Shown piece by piece: positions 46,500 to 53,487 of a DNA stretch of 64,000 nt (position 1 is its first letter; each line of letters begins with the position of its first letter). Under the pieces are notes generated by a model, which saw nothing but the letters and a program-made list of their open reading frames with translations, was not told where the DNA came from and searched no databases. The translations under genes and the position numbers were made by a program. The stretch spans positions 32,001-96,000 of the IMG/VR virus record IMGVR_UViG_3300032217_000845. The stretch is one strand, 5' to 3'. The DNA comes from a virus.

Positions 46500-48240
46500 T
46501 AGGCGGTTCTTTGTTTTTGTTTGTGCTTCTTTCTTTTGCTTCGCTTCGTGCTTCGTGAGAGGTTGAGAAAAAACGAATACGCTTCGCAACTTTGTATTAG
46601 TGTTTGTCTGCGGTGCTTCGCTTCTAGGTTCTTTCTTTGCTTTGCTTCGCTTCGTAGTTCTTTCGTGCTTCTTTGTCTTAGTTGCTTCTTTGTCTGCGGT
46701 GCTTGACTTTCTTGCTTCTTTGTTCTATGTTTGTTTGCTTCGCTTCGCTTCGCTGTTATCATTTCGTTATTATTCTGTTTGACTTCTTTGCTTCTTTGTT
46801 CTATGCTTATTCTTTGTTGTTATCATTTCGTTATCTTTGTATGTTCTTGACTTTGTTAGTCGTTTGTTCTATGCTTACTCTTTGTCTGCGGTAATGCTTC
46901 TAAGGGGTTGTTTGTTATCATTTCGTTATAAAGGTATAAAAAAAGTGCCTTTGTAGAATAAGCAAGGCGACACTTTCAGGGATAGGCGTGTGTGTTTGTA
47001 TCATCTAAGGGGTCGTGGCTTCTATGAGCCTTATAGAGCCTTTTGAGATAGGGGACTTTCAGGATTATTTGGGTTCGTTATCTGTTCGTTATCTGTCTGT
47101 TATCTGTTCGTTATGTGCGGTAATGCTTCTAAGGGGTATTTCCTTGCTTCGCTTCTCTTAGTTAGTTGTTCTCTTTCCCTGTGCTTACTTGCTTAGTTCT
47201 ATGCGGTAATGCTTCTACTGCTTGACTTATGTGCTTCTATGTAGTAGAATAGTGTTATCTATTCGTTATCTAATAGACTTGACTTTATTAGAATACTTTG
47301 ATAGAATAGTATTGTCTGCCTCTTTGACCTGACTTGACTTAGTTAGGTTAGGCTTCCCTAACTTACTTCCCTGCGGTAATGCTTCTACAAGTTAGTTAGT
47401 GCTTCGCTTCGCTTCCCTACTTAGTTAGTTGTTTGACTTATTCGCTTATGTCTGTTAGAATAGTGTTATCTATTTGTTATCTAACTTACTTGACTTTGTT
47501 ATAGTTTTATGTTATAATAGTAATGTCTATCTATTGACTATCTCAACCCCTACCCCCTGCCTACTTAGGTTAGGCTTACCTTACCTACCCCCTGCCTAGC
47601 CCTGTGCGGTAATGCCCTTATAGGCTTACTATTCTCTGCGGTAATAGTGGTAATGGTTCGTTATCATTTCGTTATCTATTAGTTAGTGCTTGGCTTTGCT
47701 GGGTTAGTCTAGGTTAGGTTAGCCTTACCTAACTAACTAAGTATTAGTTAGTGCTAACTAGGTATGACTTACCCCCTTGTATGTATTACCTACCTACCTA
47801 TACCCCCTACCCCTACCCCCTTATGCTTACCTATCTCTGCGGTAAGTGCTTTATAGGTTGTTTGTATCCTAATGACTTACTTACCTAGGTAAAGACTTTC
47901 ATCACTTAGATAGTCATTGACTTACTTAGTCATTGACTTACTCACTTAGTCATTGACTTACTCATCTACTCATCTACTCATCTACCTTTGTAGTGGATAG
48001 AGTGCTTAGTGCTAAGTTGATAATCGTTAGTGTCCTAATGACTTACTTACCTAGGTAAATAATAGTTAGTTAGTGCCTAGTTCGTTAGTGTCCTAATGAT
48101 AGTCGTTCGTATCCTAATGATTTCATAAACTAATAAACATAATCGTTTGTATCCTAATGATTTAGATAGTAAAGAGAGCATTGACTACCTTACATAACAA
48201 TAAATAATAATGTTATGTCAAGTAAGAATTTTCGTAGCAT
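46500..48240. repeat. ORF-free repeat region (possible genome end, terminal-repeat boundary or origin)
   Basis: GCTTC runs, GTTATC..GTTAT repeats, TGCGGTAATGC x5, TAGTCATTGACTTACT x3, TCCTAATGA x5, tandem promoters. Confidence 0.8.
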
Positions 48241-48357
48241 AATACAGGAAACGATTAGCAGGAACCCCAGATACTGCAACTGCCGTCTGACCCGCCAAAA
48301 GCACTAGACGCTAAGGTATCAACTCTTCGGTACAGTAGAGCCAGAATAGGTGCTAGT

Positions 48358-48867
48358 ATGTACCTTATGGATAGAAGACCAGCAAGGAAACAGCCCCTTC
48401 CCCCAAAGGAAGCCGCTTACCTCAATACCCTCAATCAAGACGACCTTATGGCTCGCGCTTACGAACTTTACACTGCAGGCTGGACGCTGCAAGCTATCGG
48501 CGATGCCCTTGAGCCACCACGTCCCCGCAGTACTGTGCGGTCTTGGCTCCTAAGGTACCAACTCCCTGAGTCAGGCAAACCATCTAAGGTCCCGTCCCCT
48601 CTATACAAGACACATAAGGACGGCTACCAGAAGAAACGCAACTCGCCGGGGATTCTTCCAGACGAACTTGAACTGATTCAGCAACTTGCCCCCCGTGCCC
48701 GCACATTCCGAGCCAAGATGTCATCAAACGACTCTGCCAGGGTTGCTAATGACCAGTTGACAGCTATCTGTATCCGCCTATATGATACTGGAGTCACAAC
48801 TTCCGAACTTGCAAAAGCTGCTGGAGTGACGTATCGTGCAATGGTGAAACGTTTAGGAAAACGCTAA
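48358..48867 (+). CDS. double-HTH DNA-binding protein, paralog of 50562
   Basis: GWTLQAIGDAL...RSTVRSW; GVTTSELAKAAGVTYRAM. Confidence 0.75.
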   Translation: MYLMDRRPARKQPLPPKEAAYLNTLNQDDLMARAYELYTAGWTLQAIGDALEPPRPRSTVRSWLLRYQLPESGKPSKVPSPLYKTHKDGYQKKRNSPGILPDELELIQQLAPRARTFRAKMSSNDSARVANDQLTAICIRLYDTGVTTSELAKAAGVTYRAMVKRLGKR

Positions 48868-49024
48868 ATTTGACACCAACCCCGAAAAGGTGTGCTAGTC
48901 TTTTACATGGAGAGCTTATCTCGCAGTAAAAGCGAAGGTAGGCTCTTTCGCATAACTGAATAAAGTGTCACTTCGACAATAAACGACCCCAGTGCTAACT
49001 AACAAGGAAAGGTAAGGTCGCTAA

Positions 49025-49606
49025 ATGAAAAAGTCCATTATTGCAGCAGTTACAGTGCTGACTTTAGCTGGATGTTCAGCATCAGCAGTAGCTTCAACTA
49101 TCGCCCCGAAAGACGAGGCGGTATTGCAAATTACTAATGAAAAAACACACAACGTTCTTGAGACCAAAAATCTCATACAACTTGTTAAGTCCCAACGTAA
49201 TCTGATTCAAATGAAGAAGGTTATTAAATATCTGAAAACTCGTGAGCACCGCACGTCTTACGTTTTTTCGGGTTCCAGCCCTAGAGGCTGGGATTGTTCA
49301 GGTCTGGTCCGATGGACCTATGAGAGGTTCGGCCTGGAATTACCCCACTCCGCCAATAAGCAAGCCCATATCGGCAAGCGTGTATCTAATCCAGTTCCTG
49401 GAGATATTGTTGTGTTCGCCTATAAAGGCAGTACCAATTTCTATCACGCTGCTATCTACATTGGCAATGGTAAAATCATCAATGCTCACTACGAAGCTGG
49501 AACTACAATCATTCAACCTTTGAGTGATTACAAGAACAACCAGATTCGTTTTGTTCGGGTGATTGAACAAGCACAGGCAAAGGTTAATGGAGGACTGAAC
49601 CCATAA
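49025..49606 (+). CDS. NlpC/P60 cell-wall peptidase, predicted lipoprotein
   Basis: LAGC lipobox; YVFSG..P.GWDCSGL, PGDIV, HAAIYIGNG. Confidence 0.9.
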   Translation: MKKSIIAAVTVLTLAGCSASAVASTIAPKDEAVLQITNEKTHNVLETKNLIQLVKSQRNLIQMKKVIKYLKTREHRTSYVFSGSSPRGWDCSGLVRWTYERFGLELPHSANKQAHIGKRVSNPVPGDIVVFAYKGSTNFYHAAIYIGNGKIINAHYEAGTTIIQPLSDYKNNQIRFVRVIEQAQAKVNGGLNP

Positions 49607-49670
49607 GCTTGAGCCCTGGGACATGGCTTAAAACTGTCCCACTTTACATTTTGTGTGCTAGGGTTGTGGC

Positions 49671-49832
49671 ATGACTACAGAAATCCTAGTGGGCCTAGTT
49701 GCCCTAGCTATTATCGCCAGTGTGAGTATCTTTACTTACATCATCATTGTGGCTCGCCGCAATAAAGCTAAGAGGCAGCTACAAACTCTTCTTGGTGCCG
49801 TCTACCCATCCGCTAACAGAAAGACAAAGTAA
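49671..49832 (+). CDS. small membrane protein (53 aa)
   Basis: TM segment plus basic tail. Confidence 0.5.
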   Translation: MTTEILVGLVALAIIASVSIFTYIIIVARRNKAKRQLQTLLGAVYPSANRKTK

Positions 49833-49999
49833 TGACCCGATTCCTAACATTCTTACGCTCACTGATTTGGACCTCGGTTCTGTCAGTGGTTGCTATCGTC
49901 GCCGCAGTTATTGCGACACTACTCCACCCAGAGGCAGCTACCCTGAGTATCGTTCTAGCAGTCTCAGCTGTAGCTCTGGCACTACTCTCTAAGGACTAA
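49832..49999 (+). CDS. small two-TM protein (55 aa)
   Basis: TAATG coupling; hydrophobic. Confidence 0.5.
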   Translation: MTRFLTFLRSLIWTSVLSVVAIVAAVIATLLHPEAATLSIVLAVSAVALALLSKD

Positions 50000-50001
50000 A
50001 T

Positions 50002-50190
50002 ATGGACTGGTGGTTTATTGCGCTGACCATCTTTGGTCTAGTCGCTATCGTAATAGTCGCAGGCATTGCTTTCGTTTTACTAGAGGCAGCGTTTAGCGGA
50101 TGGGCACAGGCTGACATTGATGGTCACGATGACTATGACAGCCTAGACGACCTAGATGACATTTTTAGAAAGAAGAATTACGGTGATTAG
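50002..50190 (+). CDS. small membrane protein
   Basis: AAGGA RBS; TM segment plus acidic tail. Confidence 0.6.
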   Translation: MDWWFIALTIFGLVAIVIVAGIAFVLLEAAFSGWAQADIDGHDDYDSLDDLDDIFRKKNYGD

Positions 50191-50461
50191 TCTTATTGTT
50201 CACAATGCAGAAGAGTTCCAAGCAGCCCTACCAAGAACAGGACTGTTCGAGATGTTTGATTGCGCTATTGAAATCAATGCTCCCCAGAACTACCCAGTTC
50301 ACGAAGTCGAGCAGATGGTTAAGATTCTTCAATACAGCATCAATGTCACCGATGTGAAGGTTTTAATCACTCCAGAAGATGGCGATGACGTACACGTAGT
50401 TATTACGGATACGCCTTATAACCCAACGAAAAGAAGAACCCCGGCTCGACCAAAGCCTTAA
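50183..50461 (+). CDS. hypothetical protein
   Basis: Overlapping GTG start. Confidence 0.55.
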   Translation: MISLIVHNAEEFQAALPRTGLFEMFDCAIEINAPQNYPVHEVEQMVKILQYSINVTDVKVLITPEDGDDVHVVITDTPYNPTKRRTPARPKP

Positions 50462-50561
50462 AAATCTGGAAAAATTTTTCCAAAAAAATCGCTCTGGACT
50501 TGACATAACGAAACTGTAACACTTACACTGAAATAACGACGTCTATACAAGGAGAAAAAAC

Positions 50562-51116
50562 ATGGCTACGCCGTACATTAAGAAACACCAGGTTCTTCCT
50601 GGAAACATCAAAGCTGCATTTGACAGCATCATTGATAGCGATACAAGAGACGCACTTATCTATGACCTTCGCAAGGTCGAGTGGACTCTTGAGTCAATCG
50701 CGTCTGCATCTGGACTTACTCGTGAACGAGTACGTCAAATCTCTCTTACAAAACCTGCAGAGGCTGTACGAGACGAGAGTCTAGAAATCCCTACTCCGCC
50801 CCTAAAGCCAGAGCGTGTACGCCCTGTCTATATCGAGCCAGTACCAGAGACTCTTGCACGCCTACTAGAACTACAGCCGTTTGCACAGCTTGTCCGCTCT
50901 AACGGAACTAAGTACCGTGCAGAAGCAGAAGAATACACAGCACTACTTAACCACGCCCACGTTGTTGAAGGTGTAACTCTTTACCGACTAGCTAAGCGTC
51001 TTGGAGTTACTCACGGTGCACTGCGCTTCCGTCTAGTTCGCTACGGCTACAAGACTCCAGTAAACGCAACCTCTAAGGTTTACACTCCAATTCTTGCCGA
51101 GAATCGAGCCAAGTAA
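50562..51116 (+). CDS. double-HTH DNA-binding protein (sigma region 4-like HTH)
   Basis: WTLESIASASGLTRERVRQI; GVTLYRLAKRLGVT; TTGACA promoter. Confidence 0.8.
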   Translation: MATPYIKKHQVLPGNIKAAFDSIIDSDTRDALIYDLRKVEWTLESIASASGLTRERVRQISLTKPAEAVRDESLEIPTPPLKPERVRPVYIEPVPETLARLLELQPFAQLVRSNGTKYRAEAEEYTALLNHAHVVEGVTLYRLAKRLGVTHGALRFRLVRYGYKTPVNATSKVYTPILAENRAK

Positions 51117-51409
51117 TGTCCCTTACTTTAGAAGTTCTACACGAAACCCCTCTCCAACATGTTCGGGAGCAGGGGCTAGGACTCAACTTCCGAGTCCTAA
51201 ATCCTGAAGATGGTTTCCGAAAGGACAACTCACTCTGGTTCGGAACGTGTGATACTTGCGGAGAGCATGTTTCAAACTCTTTGCACAAAAAGTTCTGGGC
51301 GCATACTGCGGTTCTAGAAGTTAAGTATCACGCAGATGGAAAGAGTATCCTTTCCCAGAAGTCAATACAAATCGACTACTGCCCTCTAGGTGATATCGTA
51401 GTGGACTAG
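51116..51409 (+). CDS. hypothetical protein
   Basis: Coupled start; CDTC motif. Confidence 0.6.
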   Translation: MSLTLEVLHETPLQHVREQGLGLNFRVLNPEDGFRKDNSLWFGTCDTCGEHVSNSLHKKFWAHTAVLEVKYHADGKSILSQKSIQIDYCPLGDIVVD

Positions 51410-51418
51410 AATATACCT

Positions 51419-52804
51419 ATGGGTAAATCAATCATGGAGCAGCTTGCTCTTCTGTCACCGGAAGAGCAGGCTCTCGCTTTACAGGGTATGGACCCAGACC
51501 AACTCCTCTGGGACTGGTCTGTTTGGGGCCGCCCCGAGCAGCAAGCACCTGAAGGGGACTGGAACGTTTGGCTTGTACTAGCGGGTCGTGGTTTTGGTAA
51601 GACAAGACTTGCATCCGAATGGGTGCGTGAACAGGCTCGATACACAACTACTGGCCAAAGACGTTTCGCACTTGTTGCTCGTACTGCTGGAGACGTTCGA
51701 GACGTTATTGTTGAAGGTGAGTCAGGCATTATGAATGTCACGCCGCCATCCGAGCGTCCACTATACGAGCCGTCCAAGCGACGCCTAACTTGGCCCAACG
51801 GAAACGTTGCCTCACTCTTTACTGCTGACGAACCAGACTCTCTCCGTGGACCTCAGTTCACTCACGCTTGGGGAGATGAGATAGCTGCGTGGAGACAAAC
51901 TCCAGATGCCGCAGGTATGACTGCCTTTGACAACCTTCGTGTTGGTACTCGTCTTGGTACTCGTCCAAAAATCTTAGTCACTACTACCCCGAAGCGTACT
52001 CCGCTTCTTTACAAACTTATTGAAGAATCCCGAACCGACCGAGTTGTTGTTACTAAGGGTTCTACCATGGACAACGCTGGAAACCTCTCTGGTGCTTATC
52101 TAGACACAATGCTTGGCGTTTACGAGGGAACAGCCCTTGCTCGTCAGGAGCTTTATGGTGAAATGCTTGAAGCTCTCGAAGGTGCCATGTGGACCGAAGA
52201 GTCCATCGAAGCTGGACGCCAGATGAACATGCCTCAATCAACTCCCCTACGATGTATCGGCGTTGACCCGTCTGTTGCTGAAAACCCACGTGACGAATGT
52301 GGAATTGTTGTTGTTGCCTCTACTTCAGAGCATGACCTGTACAAGCGTCAAGCCTGGGTTCTTGAAGATGCCAGCATCCATGGCTCTCCAGATGTCTGGG
52401 CTAATCAAGTTGTGAAGATGGCTCGTAAATGGGGCTGCCCAGTTATCGCCGAAGTCAACCAGGGTGGTGCACTTGTAAGAAACGCCATCAATACAATTGA
52501 CCCGACTGTCAAGGTTCTTGAAGTTCACTCTAAGCAGGGTAAGCAACTTCGTGCAGAGCCAATCACTATGGCGTATCAGCAAGAACGTGTTCACCACGTT
52601 GGTCACGCACTTACCGACCTCGAGACACAAATGATTACTTGGATTCCAGGAGAGGGCAAATCTCCTGACCGCGTTGATGCACTCGTTCACGCACTAACTG
52701 CGCTGCTCATCAAACCACCAGCAGGATTCTCTGGCGGAAAGATTCGTGCAAAGTCAATGGCTAACCGACGCATCGGTGGCAATGGCGGATTTAGGGTAAG
52801 ATAA
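51419..52804 (+). CDS. terL: terminase large subunit
   Basis: AGRGFGKT, LRGPQF..AWGDE, VTTTP, RQEL.GE, GVDP, SPDRVDA. Confidence 0.95.
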   Translation: MGKSIMEQLALLSPEEQALALQGMDPDQLLWDWSVWGRPEQQAPEGDWNVWLVLAGRGFGKTRLASEWVREQARYTTTGQRRFALVARTAGDVRDVIVEGESGIMNVTPPSERPLYEPSKRRLTWPNGNVASLFTADEPDSLRGPQFTHAWGDEIAAWRQTPDAAGMTAFDNLRVGTRLGTRPKILVTTTPKRTPLLYKLIEESRTDRVVVTKGSTMDNAGNLSGAYLDTMLGVYEGTALARQELYGEMLEALEGAMWTEESIEAGRQMNMPQSTPLRCIGVDPSVAENPRDECGIVVVASTSEHDLYKRQAWVLEDASIHGSPDVWANQVVKMARKWGCPVIAEVNQGGALVRNAINTIDPTVKVLEVHSKQGKQLRAEPITMAYQQERVHHVGHALTDLETQMITWIPGEGKSPDRVDALVHALTALLIKPPAGFSGGKIRAKSMANRRIGGNGGFRVR

Positions 52805-53163
52805 TGAGAATAATTACAGATATTTTTCCAGCACACTTGGTGGCGGTACCCGCAGGCGTTTTTGGGTCTCCTTGGGAGATTGAAAGTGACCCACCTAGCC
52901 CAGAGGGGCACTATGTTGGCAAAGCACGGGTAGTTTTGACCGAAAAGATGATAGTTGTAGCAGTAGATGGTCCCGAAGGAGCAGTAATTGCCTTCCGAGA
53001 GAACTATGTAGACTACATTAAGTCTAATAAACAGACCGAAAATAGCTTTATAACCACCGAAAGTGGAAAAATGCTAGCTTTCAAGAAGGATTTAGGTTGC
53101 GGATGCGGCTCTAGACTCCGTTCTTGGCACGCATACAACACTTTGACAGCTCTGGAGGGCTAA
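52804..53163 (+). CDS. hypothetical protein
   Basis: Coupled to TerL; GCGCGSRL. Confidence 0.7.
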   Translation: MRIITDIFPAHLVAVPAGVFGSPWEIESDPPSPEGHYVGKARVVLTEKMIVVAVDGPEGAVIAFRENYVDYIKSNKQTENSFITTESGKMLAFKKDLGCGCGSRLRSWHAYNTLTALEG

Positions 53164-53454
53164 ATGACAGCAATAGACCCGTTCACATTCGTAATTCTTG
53201 CCCTAGCGGCGTTCAGAATTACCCGTTTAATCACTACAGACACCATTTTTGACCCTCTAAGGGAGAAAATCTGGAATAAGTTCCCCCCAAACCGCATCAA
53301 CATCGGTTACCTCATCACTTGTGACTGGTGTACAAGCATTTGGGTTGCTCCAATCGTGATTTTTTCGTATCTTCTTGTTCCATCAGTTGTATTTGTGGTA
53401 TCATTAGTCTTAGCAACCTCTGCCGTTGTTGGATTTTTAGCCGCACGGAGTTAA
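53164..53454 (+). CDS. DUF1360-like membrane protein
   Basis: LAAFRITRLITTD.IFDPLRE...LITCDWCTSIW. Confidence 0.8.
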   Translation: MTAIDPFTFVILALAAFRITRLITTDTIFDPLREKIWNKFPPNRINIGYLITCDWCTSIWVAPIVIFSYLLVPSVVFVVSLVLATSAVVGFLAARS

Positions 53455-53487
53455 TTCCGTTCCGTTATCGAAGACAGGGAGTCCCTC

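Larger units (their letters stand above)
17890..46580. repeat. dispersed invariant 14-mer GTATTCGTTTTTTC, 41 intergenic copies (31 forward, 10 reverse)
   Basis: Approximate starts (r = reverse): 17890r,17924r,22375,24258,24890,26539,27226,28176,28735,29246,29873,30616,31134,31639,32226,32555r,33154,33703,34356,34932,35689,36112r,36757,37210r,37752,38089,38555,39049,39422,39937r,40615,41108,41667r,42108,42814,43375,43809r,44667,45243r,45973,46567r; none seen outside this interval. Confidence 0.95.

Noticed and set aside
17890-46580. CRISPR array interpretation of the 14-mer repeats
   Set aside because: Repeats are 14 bp, occur in both orientations, are separated by hundreds of bases containing whole genes, and no cas genes are visible
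22375-46580. Classical integron with attC sites
   Set aside because: No conserved RYYYAAC/GTTRRRY ends on the hairpins, units carry their own promoters, and no integrase is visible in the window
46499-46894. Several 60-87 aa ORFs from the track
   Set aside because: Translations of low-complexity GCTTC/T-rich repeats with no RBS
48196-48223. Actinobacterial dif site (TTATGTCAAGT XerD-like arm)
   Set aside because: No plausible XerC arm at the 6 bp spacing; the reverse form at 16800 and 50498 is simply a -35 box context
48900-49024. c-di-AMP (ydaO) riboswitch before NlpC/P60
   Set aside because: I could not find the conserved ydaO core, so only generic structure is reported
51419-52804. Intein or intron in TerL
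   Set aside because: 461 aa continuous ORF with all motifs at normal spacing
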